Below, piece by piece: positions 1-13,559 of a stretch of DNA of 64,000 nt. The DNA comes from Octopus vulgaris (Eukaryota), in NCBI GenBank assembly GCA_951406725.2, contig OX597814.1:131254001-131318000 (forward strand), read 5' to 3'. The notes under the pieces are model-generated. The model saw only the letters and a list, made by a program, of their open reading frames with translations. It was not told the origin of the DNA and made no database searches. Positions within the stretch are counted from its first letter, which is position 1, and every line of letters starts with the position of its first letter. The position numbers were made by a program, and so were the translations under genes.

Positions 1-125
1 GGCGCACCTGAACTAAAAATATAACTAAAAGTACAGAGAAAATTATATTCAGGTTACATCGCGGCACACCTCGCATCGTCTCGTGGCACACCAATGTGCC
101 GCGGCATACCGGCTGCGGAGCAGTG
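1..125 (+). mobile_element. 3' part of a hAT (Charlie-like) non-autonomous DNA transposon, truncated by the window edge
   Basis: Aligns with the complete copy at 44251-44423 (gaactaaaa..aaattatattcaggtt..gcggcaca..gcatcgtctcgtggcacac); ends in a degenerate TIR followed by atctaagt, resembling the NTCTAGAN Charlie target. Confidence 0.6.
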
Positions 126-317
126 ATCTAAGTGGTACTTGAAAATGAAATTCAGCCACGTTTTCAAATATATACGTTATATATTTGACGTATTCTGTGG
201 GTAAAAGGTGTTTCCAGTAGTCAGACCATCGCAGAAAGGATATGGCTACAAGATACTGTCATCAGTGCATCGGCAAAAAGAACCTGATAACTTTGGTGTT
301 GTATGCACACCTAGGAA

Positions 318-608
318 TGTCCTTCTCGAGCCACACCTGGCTCATAAGGGCCGGTTTCCTTGGCGTATAGGTTCCCCACCTGGAAGGGACACCGGTCCAT
401 CGCAGGTGAGCTGCTAGATGCAGGAGGAAAGAGTGAGAGAAAGTTGTGGTGAAAGAGTAAGCACAAGTTCGCCGTTACCTTCTGCCGGAGCTGCGTGGAG
501 CTTAGGTGCTTCGCTCATAAACACACACATCGCCCGGTCTGAGATTCGAACCCGCGATCCCTCGACCACGTGTCCGATGTTCTAATCACTAGGCCATGTG
601 CCTCCACA
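318..608 (-). mobile_element. tRNA-derived SINE, family A (tRNA-Arg-like head)
   Basis: Minus-strand A box (tggcctagtga) and B box (ggttcgaatct); 12-bp TSD cacacctaggaa at 306-317 and 605-616; homologous to 21148-21435 and 57406-57708. Confidence 0.9.
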
Positions 609-2628
609 CCTAGGAACTGAAACCAGTGATATTCGGAAACAGTCGAAACGTACAGCATGCAAAACACGCACTATGATGCAACTTTGTAACGCGCACACAC
701 ACACACACACACACATGCATACTCACAAATATACAAATGATCACACGCGCACACACTGGTGTATCCACACACTCTAGCACAAAATGAAACCCAGTTACTG
801 ACACAAACGCGTGTGCACATACACGCACACATACACCTACACATGTACACGTACAGACAGGGTGAAAATCATTTAAGATTCACACACCCACAAGTACATT
901 CACATCTACATTATATGAAACCATGTTTCGCACATGCGCATATGCATAAGTACACGAAAAGACACCAGCTGATACCCAGTTAGAGACAAAAAACATGGTG
1001 ACGCGCACACCCATGCATTACACACGCTCAGTCATTCACTTGAAGGGTGGGGGTGTTTGTGTGTAACCCCTCTCTTGATTTCTGGAATTTCTTTTATTCT
1101 TCGTAAACCTTTAAGGAAAACGTGACAGATCTTGAAATTTCGTTGCTTATTACGAAAAGAAAAGAACTTAGAAAAAAATTCTCCCTAACTTTATATATTC
1201 CCGTACATACATACATACATACGTACAAACATACATACATACATACATACATGTGTGTGTGTGTTTAGGTGTGTAAAAAGTTAAGGAGAAATAATGTAGG
1301 CTCAGTCGAGAGATTGTGGCATACACAGTCGGTTAGTCTGTAGCATAAACACTGCTTGTATGGAAAATACAGATGACTTGCTAATTGATCATAAAATTTA
1401 TTAATCAATGCATCAAATACATTTCGTCTCATATCATCCGATAAAATGACAGATGCTATACAACAAAGCAACTATCATTGTTTATAATGCGATAATCAAA
1501 TGTGTAAATAAAAGAAATGGAAGAGGTAGTCGAGTACTACAATTGTTTCAAAAGCATATCGTGTGCATCTTACGTAACATTACGAATTTCTTGTAACCGT
1601 CTAGTGTACTTTTTCATCAGGTACATACGACAGTTTGACTGCAAATAGTCCGCCGTAATGGAGAATGCAAAACAAAGCCGGGCTCGCAGAAAGAATGAAA
1701 AAGATGAAAGTGTAAATTGAAATAGGTAAAGAACGAATGGTGTGCCCTACTCAACGATTACCTTAGCGAGATAGATAGGGGTGTGGTTTCGTTTCTTTAT
1801 CAGCCTACTTGAAATATTGTAGTGGCTGCTGTAGATTATAATCGCATTAATGTATATATGGCATCAATAATGGGCAACCTGCGCGCCGAAAGTTGTGATG
1901 TTTATTGCTAGGAATAGATAAATATGAATAATAAAATGTCATATGAATTTTAAAAAAAAACGGAAGAGGAAAGAAAAGGGAAATGAAGAAGAATAAGAAT
2001 AAAGTAAAGTGATGATAGTAGGTTACCTGCATGTATACATACACGAATACACTAGTCCACACGTACCCTCACAGAAAGAAAAAAAACGAGAAACTATGTA
2101 GACGTACGTGTACGAAGTATATCAGTATATACATATAACCATTAGCACTTATGTAAACGCATGTAAACAAATATACGTGCACATATACATACATATACGT
2201 GCATATATAGACACACACACACATATTCTTAGATAACACACACGGCTAATTATACGAATATGTGTCTAGAAACCCGCTACCCACTCATATGCTAAAGAAG
2301 AAGAAAATATAGGTACAAGTACAGACATACTTAGACATAAATCTTTACAAATGAATAGCATCGTACGACATTCAAACAAAGGTGCAATAAGAAGTATATA
2401 TGTAACCACATATATACATGTAAGCATGCATACATGCTGACATATGCTGGAAGTTAATTAAAGACAATGACAGAAATAAGAAATCTTGCGACAAAAATAC
2501 TGAAATGAGACAGGTAAAGAAGGTTACATGTGTAGTTATAGATACATAAATTCATTCGCACAAAGAAGCACTCACGCGCTCGTTTAAGTTGTTGATCTTT
2601 TAGTAAAACGAAACATGAAAACATATTG

Positions 2629-2947
2629 GGTATCTTTACCTTTTGACCGGCAGATTTATGAAATATGTCATAAATAACAGTGACAAACGAAATATACACC
2701 GCCGATAGTTATTGTAGACAAGTAACGGCAGTAATTTTATTCAGCTGAATACACGTCATTGATTGGTTGAAATTACCGAAATACGACGACTTTAACACGA
2801 AATAACTTCGTAAATATAAACTTTTCTTTAAAACGCTAAGAGTAAAAGATGTTTTTATATGACACATTCTACCAGTATACGAAGTTTGAAAATGTTTAGT
2901 TACAAAAAATTATTTTGTAAATCTGCTGGTCAAAAGGTAAAGATCCT
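2629..2947. mobile_element. MITE with ~33-bp TIRs and 6-bp TSD (unclassified DNA transposon)
   Basis: TIR atctttaccttttgaccggcagattta / taaatctgctggtcaaaaggtaaagat; TSD atattg at 2623-2628 and 2948-2953; interior homologous to 62940-63375. Confidence 0.85.
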
Positions 2948-3489
2948 ATATTGTTAGTAAGAATTAGAATATTACATGACACTCAGGGAAATCGGAAAGT
3001 AACCAAATAAGTTAGTTGCCTGGAGCAAAAGGTATCGGAAGTATACTAATGTCAGCTAGATCCCCTCTTCGCCAGGTAGTAGTAACACAGAGGAGTGATG
3101 TAGCATCCAGAGTTTGATGTACTAGTTAATAAAAATAGATGAAAAGTTTATCACGGAAGATCATAATTGCACTAAATAATGTTAGATACACAAAGTACGG
3201 CCCTAAAGGCAAGTGAAAACGAGTTACCGTATGAATTTTTCAGTAGTTATAAGTAGGAAGTGACAGGAATTGTCTAACAGGAAGTAGGGTTTGGAGTGAA
3301 GGAAAGTGTTGCATAATGTTTTAATGATTTATCAAACAAGGGAAAATGGATTTCTTTAAGAAGTTACCATTGACTATAAATGAAGAGGGATTAACTAGTA
3401 AGTAATGTTAAAAGAGAATTAGGGTTTGTAGTGGAGGATGGAGTTGCGTAATTTATGCTTACATTTTATTGATAATGTTGTCCTTACAC

Positions 3490-4160
3490 TACATGATCCT
3501 CACCTCTGTAATGCATAAAAAGCACCTATTATTATAACTACTATAGGGTTTCGCACGTTGAACGATCAGCCATTCGATACTGTAGTCAAACAAATGGTTC
3601 TTTACTTGCCAAATTATTTTTAAAATGTACCAGCAGCCTTATCTTCGGACCTATAGGTCATGTCATGTAAGTTAGATTTGAAGCCATTACAAATAAAATC
3701 AATGCCGTTCGTTAGGCACTTATTATCTAATGGACAGAAGCAAGGACATTTACAATTACACAATGTGTTTGAGATCACACGCAGGGTGCAATTCAGGCCG
3801 TTGTACTGCCTTCACTAAACACACTATTAGTCATAATCAGTGGCAGGATTGGTAGGTTTATCGAAGTCGTAGTTAGTCCTAGTGATGTTCTTATTCAGAA
3901 GGATACTGTGTGCAGGAGCTGTACAACAATCACACGCGTTTTGTTGATAATATACAGGATGTCAGTTACTTCTCAGGTTTGTCAAGGGTGCCCTTTGTTG
4001 TATATTCTGAGGTATTGTGTTCGGGTCTTATTAACATTAGTGTTAGATGGATTGATAAGTCATTTATAATTAATTTTGTGCATAACATCATATATATTGC
4101 AGTAGTAGAGTGACAACCTAACGGACTGGAGAATTTAAAAGTTTCTCTTTACCTACTAAA
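3490..4160 (-). pseudogene. Decayed Penelope-like element ORF remnant (GIY-YIG endonuclease region)
   Basis: Minus-strand peptides NCKCPCFCPLDNKCLTNG (Cys linker typical of Neptune-type PLEs) and IWQVKNHLFDYSIEWLIVQRAKPYSSYNNRCFLCITE; stops, frameshifts and an internal deletion. Confidence 0.75.
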
Positions 4161-4195
4161 TGTAGAAAAGTGTTATACACACGCACACTCACACG

Positions 4196-4229
<34 letters not shown>

Positions 4230-4357
4230 CGTGTGTGTGTATGTATGCATTCTATTAAGTATATGTATTTGTATATATAACATATGTATGTGAATATATA
4301 TATGTTGGTGTATTATATCTATATACATTTATATATACCTACATACCAACATATATT

Positions 4358-5159
4358 TGTAGTGCATCTTGCAAGCATGAAGTGGATTCGATAGCAGTTC
4401 AACAGAACTTTTCTCACAGTGGAACAATGACTTTTTCGGTGACAGCAGTTTTACATATGCCAGATGCCTTAAGCTAGGCCGAAATAATGTCTTCACCACT
4501 TGACACTTATAACCTCTTCTACTTCACCAAAAGCTAGAATAGAGATATCACAGTACCACCAACGAAGCCCATTGTTCTGAACGATATCCTTCTGGATAGT
4601 TATAAAAGCAAGAAGCCCAAGCAAAAATCAGTTACTGACTTGGTGACAACTGAGTTAGTCGGCTCGTGACAACTCAATCAGTTAGTTAAGGAATGACAAA
4701 CTCGAGTCAGAGACAGCTTCCGTCAGTTAGGGAGCGGAACGCTAGAATCATTGTCTTTAGTAGCAAGGCAGCTAATAAATTCAATGGTCAAAAGGAGAAA
4801 TGAAATCTACTCTCAGTAGCTATGAGACCCAACATTCCACACTCTCTCACTTTCACTAACTCACTTTATCTTTTCTGCACATTACTATGTCTCTCTCTAT
4901 GGTTTACCACCGAAATTAACTTTATTTCACACGCTCTAGGATTTTATCACCTGCCCGTCGAAGCAAGGTATTATATTCAGTGTAACGGTAAATAAATATT
5001 TTCTTCGCAACTTCAATCACTTTTCTTTCACCTTTACATAATGGCTATCAACGAAGAACCAATTCTTACACACTGATTACGACTCCGACATTCCATCCTA
5101 CTATGTATCGACTATCGTCTTCTCATATTACTGTTTACTAAATAATATCACCCGTTACA
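4358..5159 (+). mobile_element. Probable solo LTR (~800 bp)
   Basis: TGTA...TACA termini, 4-bp flanking duplication TATT, TATAAAAG at ~4601 and AATAAA at 4991 in LTR order; complex sequence amid microsatellites. Confidence 0.5.
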
Positions 5160-5167
5160 TATTTTAT

Positions 5168-5586
5168 AGTGGCCGTGTGGTAAGTAGCTTGCTTACAACC
5201 ACATGGTTCGGGGTTCAGTCCCACTGCGTGGCAACTTGGGCAAGTGTCTTCTACTATAGCTTCGGCCCAACCAAAAGCCTTGTGAGTGGATTTGGTAGAC
5301 AAAAACTGAAATAAATAAATAAATAAATACAATGTATGTATGTATGTATGTATGTATGTATGTATGTATGTATGTATGTATGTATGCATGTATGTATGTA
5401 TGTTTGTTCGTGTATCTGTGTTTGTCCCCCACCATCGATTAACAACCGATATCGGCGTGTTTACGTCCCCGTAGGACCGATAGAATAAGTACTAGGCTTA
5501 CAAAGAAAATGTCCTGGGGCCGATTTGTTCGACTAAAGGCGGTACTCCAGCACGGCCGCAGTCAAATTACTGCAACAAATAAAAGA

Positions 5587-5588
<2 letters not shown>
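5168..5588 (+). mobile_element. SINE family B (most abundant family here), with internal (TATG)n
   Basis: Consensus gtggctgtgtggtaag...ggttcagtccc...cttgggcaagtgtcttctactatag...ggccgcagtcaaatgactgaaac shared with more than 12 copies in the window. Confidence 0.9.
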
Positions 5589-5676
<88 letters not shown>

Positions 5677-5700
5677 ACATGTATACTTAAATATATATAT

Positions 5701-5768
<68 letters not shown>

Positions 5769-5772
5769 TATA

Positions 5773-5814
<42 letters not shown>

Positions 5815-6166
5815 TATCCCTACATGCCTACACATATATATGAACTATGTATACACGCACATACACTCGTAAAGAAACCATATGAACCATGTATAGAAAA
5901 TGTTGAAAAGTTCCTATTTATTAGCAATTTGTGTGTTTTTAGCCACTATTCTTCGGATTGTCGTCCCTTTTATCACTTTTTTTTTGCGGGGAGGCATAAC
6001 TTGTAAGGTTTGCTTATTGGCAACGCTTCCTGAGAATACATACATATACGTGTGTATATATATCAGTTAATTGGAAATACATACGCAATATATAGCACGA
6101 CTTGAGATAATTTGATACTCTGAACGTACACAAAAAGACACACATACCTACGTACAATATATATAA

Positions 6167-6244
<78 letters not shown>

Positions 6245-7030
6245 CATACATACATACATACATATATGTATGCATACATACATACATACTTATATATATA
6301 TATATATATAATATATATATGTATGCGTGTGTGTATGTATATGTATGTCTGTATATGTATATATATATGTATATATATAAATATACACATATATATATAT
6401 ATGTATATATATACGCACTAACACAAGCGCACATACATTTATTTTACTGCGTAATATCTGTTCTTACAGACATTCATCCTCACCTACTCTTTCTCAATCT
6501 CTCGCTCACACACGCATCCACTCTCACACACACACGCACACGCACACGCACACACACACACACGCATACACACACGCAAATATACAAACACACATATACA
6601 CATACACAGCCGCATTTATATTATGCGTATACAAATACATATATTTAACTGCGTAATTCTACCAACACGTTCATTCTTCTCCACATGCCTAGTCCCTCCC
6701 ACCACATGTAACTATATATATATATATTTATATATATATATATATTTATATTTATATTTATATTTATATTTATATATATACATACATACATGCATACATT
6801 TGTGTGTATATGTATGTGTGTGCGTATGTATGTAGGTATAAAATATCTTTAAGAGTTGGAAAATTTTTTATCTTATGAAAAAGGTACTACGTAGTATGTA
6901 CTTCTCAAGTACATACTAGTATATTAGGTTACTGTATATTACACAATGTCGACAAACAGACACGTATATATGTAACAGAAATGCATATATGTCACGAACA
7001 CACACACACACTTGTATAAATAGATAGATG

Positions 7031-7140
<110 letters not shown>

Positions 7141-7147
7141 CAGACAT

Positions 7148-7180
<33 letters not shown>

Positions 7181-7549
7181 TATTAAATTTTGTTTTTATG
7201 TTCAGTAATTATAGAAACAATTTTACATTAATCTGAAAGGGCTACTCGATACTTTTGTAGTATACAAATTTATTATTCTTAAACGCCGATGACTTAGCTG
7301 TCCGAGACTTCGAAGTCACTGTCAGTGATATTCTTGTTGAAGAATAAAAGGATAGATAGTGAAATAGCTTGATAGAAACATACATACATACATACATACA
7401 TACATACATACATAGACACATACACACACACACACACACCTATATATACACACACACAGGGAGAGAGAGATGGATGGCTGGATGGATGGAGGGATACATG
7501 CATACATGGAGTGATACAGGGAAATAATTACACACACACACACACACAC

Positions 7550-7580
<31 letters not shown>

Positions 7581-7597
7581 TAGATAGATAGATAGAT

Positions 7598-7643
<46 letters not shown>

Positions 7644-8329
7644 CAACGCGGGTGTACGAATAGGCACACAAGTGTTTTGCGCTCGAAGAATAGACACCGA
7701 ACCGAACTCCGATTTTTTTAATGTTCGAATCCACGGACTAATCGTCATTCAAGAGCACCGATGGTTCTGTATCCTTCTCGATAAAATCCCAATAAATTAG
7801 GGACTGTGGTAGATCGGGTTTCGAATAACCTCAGCGCTTTTCTATCGTTCCTCAGTTGGGTTAAGACGTATTCATACAGTAGATGTCAACCTTTTCGAAA
7901 GCAACTCATGGTTGTTCGTTGCGTGTGTGTGTGTCACATTGTTTGGATGACACTAATTCGATTGAACTCAGCATGTGTTTAACATATGAGAGCATTGGTA
8001 TCGCTTTTACCCTCACTCACGAAATACCATGCGAAAGGTATAAACACTTCTGTTTATGACGGTACTCCAGCATGGATCCAATCAGACGAAACTAGTGAGG
8101 AGGTAATATGTAAAAATATGAGTACACATAAGCTTGCTGGTGGGCGCACGCAATCGCACATGTACACACACAAACACGCACACAAAAAACACACACATAC
8201 ACAGAGAGGCGCGCGCACACACACACACACAAATAAAAAAAGAACTCGAAGTTAGAAGTCCGAGTGTAAAAAATTTAATACTTTAAAGTGAGTTCTGACA
8301 AAATATTTGTCGATTAAATTATGTGTGTG

Positions 8330-8396
<67 letters not shown>

Positions 8397-8487
8397 GGTG
8401 TAATAAAGTATTGATTGGGTATTATCTGATGGTTGATGTTTGATTGATTTAAGTATGTTTCTCCATTTTCTAATTTTGTATATATAA

Positions 8488-8820
8488 TACAGTGTACATT
8501 TAAACACATAAGGAACCCATTTGTGGGATTCAACACGCTAGAAAGAACAGCTAGGTTCTATAACCACAAAATTAGGGATAAAATTTGACAGGAACGAAAT
8601 GAAAAATAAAAACTTTTACCATCTAGTTTCCTGAACCAATTGGTTTCTGATTTTAGTTTAGCAAATTGGTTCCAGGAAACTAGATGGTAAAAGTTTTTAT
8701 TTTTTCATTTCGTTCTTGTCGAATTTTAACCTTAATTTTGTGGTTATATAACCTAGCTGTTCTTTCTAGCGTGTTGAATCCCACGAGTGGATTCATTATG
8801 TGTTTAAATTTACACCGTAT
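8488..8820. repeat. Fold-back inverted repeat, ~150-bp arms, Penelope-type terminal sequence
   Basis: 8488-8640 is the reverse complement of ~8665-8820 at roughly 90% identity; contains the acgctagaaagaacagc motif also at 43825 and 46060. Confidence 0.9.
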
Positions 8821-8912
8821 TTTATGAGTAATACATAGTCTTTGGACTAAATTTTTACACGCTAGGCGACTGGAAGTGAAAATTTCTATTGATTTACATT
8901 TTCCCTTCGATA

Positions 8913-8972
<60 letters not shown>

Positions 8973-8978
<6 letters not shown>

Positions 8979-9150
8979 AGTTTACGAAAAAAAAACAAAA
9001 GACGAAGACAGGTGGTGTACAAAACAAACAGATGTATTAGCATAGCGCTCAGGAATAGAAAAAGTCTTTTACGTTTCGAGCCTACGCTCTTCTACAGAAA
9101 GGTACACAGAAAAAACAAGGAGAGAAAAAATGTGTGTAGTGGCTAACGAT
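8973..9150 (-). mobile_element. Short (TA)n-tailed element carrying a hammerhead-like motif (Penelope pLTR/retrozyme-like unit)
   Basis: ~180 bp; minus strand cttt-CTGTAGA-A-GAGC-gtag-GCTC-GAAA-cg-TA-aaag at 9064-9102; copies at 19420, 29960, 35960, 43283, 43540, 44945. Confidence 0.8.
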
Positions 9151-9154
9151 ATAT

Positions 9155-9480
9155 AGAGGAAATGGTCGAATCACCATCCGTGAGTTATCAGAGGATGTGC
9201 AGATTAGTTACGGTTCATTTCAGTCCATTATCACTGAAGATTTGGGTACGAGACGCGTTTCTGTAAAGTTTGTGCCAAAACTGCTTTCAGTTGACCAAAA
9301 AGACACTCGGGTTTCAGCTGCACAAGATCTCCTTGATTGTGTCAAGAATTATGAAAATTTTTTGAAAACTTTGTGTGGGCCTCTGAGCAGACATCGCCAA
9401 GCTTTTGGCAAAACTTCACGTAGATTCTCTGCTCAATTTGTTCTGTCATGGTCAATGCGACGATCACACGCTACACATCT
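9155..9480 (+). pseudogene. mariner transposase remnant with inverted N-terminal segment
   Basis: + frame RITIRELSEDVQISYGSFQSIITEDLGTRRVSVKFVPKLLSVDQK (second HTH plus WVPxxL-type linker); minus frame from ATG at 9449 MTEQIEQRIYVKFCQKLG (mariner N-terminus). Confidence 0.9.
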
Positions 9481-10150
9481 TTGATAATTTTGACCATCCA
9501 ATCCTATCCATATTTCAAGCTTATGTAGACCACATCATATAATACGTCCTTCTTTTCTAAACATGCAATTTCATATAGATTTGACTGCTTTTTACTTATG
9601 GATCACCTAGTGAATGCATCATTGAGTTGTTTGGCTCTCGGTCAGCTCTATGTGATTGAATGTTCAAAGACGCTCCAGTTGCGCTCATCTCATTGGAAAC
9701 GCTCCTCCAGACTTAATGAATCTTCGATTACATTATTTTAGCTCACCTTCCTTATTTTAAAATGAAAAGTTTGACTGTCATTTCTAACAGATCCAGCAAC
9801 AGTGCAACGGCTATCACATTGGCTTCTACGTGCATAGTTTGTTGGTTTAGTTTAGGCGATGGGTTGGCCGGGTCATTACAGCATCGGAAATATGCCCTTG
9901 TTGAACTTTCTTCCGTCAATACAATTAAAGGGTTTCACCTGTTCTCTTTATGAAATTTTTAGGTATTACTGTCGTCATGCTTAGTCGATTTCCTTTCGCT
10001 TTCTTAAACACTATATACTAAATAAACAGAAACGCATATATATATATATATATAAAATTCAGCAACAATTTAGATTCAAATGAATATGTCACTTAATTTA
10101 GATGCACCAGAATTTTTTATGTTGTTACCCATAAAAATATGCGGCGTGAT

Positions 10151-10429
<279 letters not shown>

Positions 10430-10538
10430 TGTATATGAGAATAAAATGGATGAAATAACAAAGGGAAACTCGTCGTTTTTACTGGTATGCTTTTAATTTA
10501 ATTAGATAACAGAGAAGGAGGAAGCAATGATGAATGTA

Positions 10539-10589
10539 GCATTTACGATCGTTTCGATTTTCAAGTTTTAGTAAATCTCTTCAGAATGC
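10539..10589 (-). ncRNA. Minimal type-I hammerhead ribozyme (copy in left arm)
   Basis: gcatt-CTGAAGA-gatttac-taaaactt-gaaaatc-GAAA-cgatcg-TA-aatgc; one mismatch in stem II, perfect stem I. Confidence 0.8.
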
Positions 10590-10986
10590 GAAAAGAAGAT
10601 TGATGCTTCGGTTAAGATGCGAAAATAATTGATACATATGTGACGGTAGTAGGAGCAAATTAAGTAGTTCTAACTTTAAAATTTTGTTCTTGCGCTGGTA
10701 ATTTCGCTTGGGGAAGGTTTCATTGCGACTCGAGAACAAAAACAAATTTAATACACACGTGCGAAATAATGCGATTAGTCAAACTCGGAACTCCACACCA
10801 AAATAATACTCACCCCGTTCTAATTGCCCAACGAAATTAACCAGACTATTGCAATGGAACCGCTCCCAGCGAAGTTACCAGCGCAAGAACAAAATTTTAA
10901 TGTAAAAACTACTTAATTTGCTCCTACTACCATCACATATGTATCAATTATTTTCGCATCCTATCCGAAGCATCAATCTTCTTTTC

Positions 10987-11037
10987 GCATTCTGAAGAGA
11001 TTTACTAAAACTTGTAAATCGAAACGATCGTAAGTGC
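10987..11037 (+). ncRNA. Minimal type-I hammerhead ribozyme, canonical core
   Basis: gcatt-CTGAAGA-GATTTAC-taaaactt-GTAAATC-GAAA-cgatcg-TA-agtgc: intact core, 7-bp stem II, palindromic stem III, 5-bp stem I; predicted cleavage after 11032. Confidence 0.85.
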
Positions 11038-11092
11038 TACATTCATCATTGCTTCCTCCTTCTCTGTTATCTAATTAAATTAAATGCATACC

Positions 11093-11351
11093 TGTCGTAT
11101 ATATGTGTATATGTATGTATGTGTATATGTTTGTGTGTCTGTGTTAGTACCCCTAGCATTGCTTGACAACCGATGCTGGTGTGTTTACGTCCCCGTCACT
11201 TAGCGGTTCGGCAAAAAGAGACCGATAGAATAAGTACTGGGCTTACAAAGAATAAGTCCCGGGGTCGATTTGCTCGACTAAAGGCGGTGCTCCAGCATGG
11301 CCGCAGTCAAATGACTGAAACATGTAAAAGAGTAAAAATAGAGTAAAGAGT
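11093..11351 (+). mobile_element. 5'-truncated SINE family B inserted in fold-back arm
   Basis: 3' half of family B; TSD atacc at 11088-11092 and 11352-11356; the left arm shows the empty site. Confidence 0.9.
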
Positions 11352-11544
11352 ATACCAGCGAAAGCGACGAGTGTCCCTTTGTTATTTCATCCATTTTCTT
11401 CTCCTATATAATCTAAACTACAGTCTACCACCCGAACCACCTGCTACCGCACAACTTTACAAAAACCTTTACCTACCCAAGCAACTTTGGATTTAATTGG
11501 CCCTCAGAGGTATTAAACTCCTCTAACTGATACCTATAAGAGAA

Positions 11545-11942
11545 TATAAATATATATTCTCTCTTTTATATATATTCTACTTATTATACAACATTACTCT
11601 TTTATGTACACTTTTTTTATGTACATTCCTTTATGTACACTGATTTGTTCTGCTTTTTTATGTTTAACCCTACAGTCTCTTATGTGGTAGGTTTAATAAA
11701 GTATGTGATTGAGTATTATCTGGTAATTGATATTTGATTTAGATGTATTTCTCCATTTTCTTATCTTGTATTAGTAATTTGTGGTAAATCATTTTACCTT
11801 TGCCCATATAATACAGTAAATGAATTGATTGCATCGCAATCCTTAACATTTATGTATTAACTTTGTTGGGTACTTCACTAGCAGTATATTGGATATATGT
11901 TGTCCCATGGAGGTTTGCATTTACAACCCCTATCTCAATTTA
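11545..11942 (+). mobile_element. Penelope-type terminal repeat copy ending in (TA)n
   Basis: Near-identical to 37570-37955 and related to 34228-34460 (-) and 8400-8480. Confidence 0.75.
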
Positions 11943-11945
11943 TAA

Positions 11946-12031
<86 letters not shown>

Positions 12032-12045
12032 CATACATACATACA

Positions 12046-12077
<32 letters not shown>

Positions 12078-12651
12078 CATACATACATACATACATACAT
12101 ACATACATACATACATGCATATATACATACATACATGCATATATCTATATTATAATAAAGGGTAAAATTATGATTTTACCAGATAGTAAACACTAAAAAC
12201 CTTATAGGTAAATTTTACAAAATATTTTACAATTATATACATAATTATAACAAGGCATTGGCTATACGCCTCGCCACGCACTGTAAAAATAGACGCCAAA
12301 AGACACTTATCACCTCCTTAAAATCTCCTAGAACAACACAGTAGATTGTAAGCGAGCAAAAGAAAAATAATAACACAAAACTTTTGGTTAACCGTGTACA
12401 AGATCCTGTTTCAAGCCTTAAAGTAAAAAAAATATATTACTGCTATCATCAACAATGTTATTTCATAGTATAAATTTACGAGTGTCTTAAAATATGTATG
12501 CTAGCCGCGACATCGCTTAATGTGAATTCTGCTTTGCAGTATATTTCTACGAGTGTGGATGGATACTGGTTATGCGACGTCGCGGCTCGCATGCATATTT
12601 TGAGATATTCGTAAATTTATGCTTGGAATGCCGTTGCTGATGATAGCAGTA

Positions 12652-13022
12652 CTCTTTTACTCTTTTACTTTTTCCAGTTATTTGACTGCGGCCATGCTGG
12701 AGCGCCGCCTTCAGTCGAGCAAATCGATCCCGGGACTTATTCTTTGTAAGCCTAGTACTTATTTTAAGTGACGGGGACGTAAACACACCAGCATCGGTTG
12801 TCAAGCGATGTTAGGGGAACAAACACATACACACACGCACACACATATGTACATATATACGACGGGCTTCTTTCAGTTTCCGTCTACCAAATCCACTCAC
12901 AAGGCTTTGGTCGGCCCGAGGTTATAGTAGAAGACACTTACCCAAGGTGCCACACAGTGGGACTGAACCCGGAACCATGTAATTGGTAAGCAAGCTAGTT
13001 ACCACACAGCCACTCCTGTGCC
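12652..13022 (-). mobile_element. SINE family B
   Basis: Near full length with a small internal deletion. Confidence 0.9.
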
Positions 13023-13153
13023 TATAGGTAATATTTTTTTTTACGCTTGAAACAGGATCTTGTACACCGTTAACCAAAAGTTTTGATGCAGTATATTTCT
13101 CCTGCTCGCCTACTATCTAGTGTGTTATTCTCGGAGATTTTAAGGTAGTTATA

Positions 13154-13559
13154 GCGCAGGAGTGGCTGTGTGGTAAGTAGCTTGTTTACCAACCGCATGG
13201 TTCCGGGTTCAGTCCCACTGCGTGGCACCTTGGGCAAGTGTCTTCTACTATAGCCTCGGGCCGACCAAAGCCTTGTGAGTGGATTTGGTACACGGAAACT
13301 GAAAGAAGCCTGTCGTATATATGTATATATATGTATATGTATGTGTGTGTTTGTGTGTCTATGTTTGTCCCCCTAGCATTGCTTGACAACCGATGCTGGT
13401 GTGTTTACGTCCCCGTCACTTAGCGCTTCGGCAAAAGAGACCGATAGAATAAGTACTGGGCTTACAAAGAATAAGTCCCGGGGTCGATTTGCTCGACTAA
13501 AGGCGGTGCTCCAGCATGGCCGCAGTCAAATGACTGAAACAAGTAAAAGAGTAAAGAGT
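13154..13559 (+). mobile_element. SINE family B, full length
   Basis: Matches family consensus end to end, gagtaaa tail. Confidence 0.92.

Larger units (their letters stand above)
10432..11410. repeat. Fold-back inverted repeat, ~280-bp arms, each with a hammerhead; right arm interrupted by a SINE
   Basis: 10432-10712 is the reverse complement of 10865-11092 plus 11357-11410. Confidence 0.92.
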
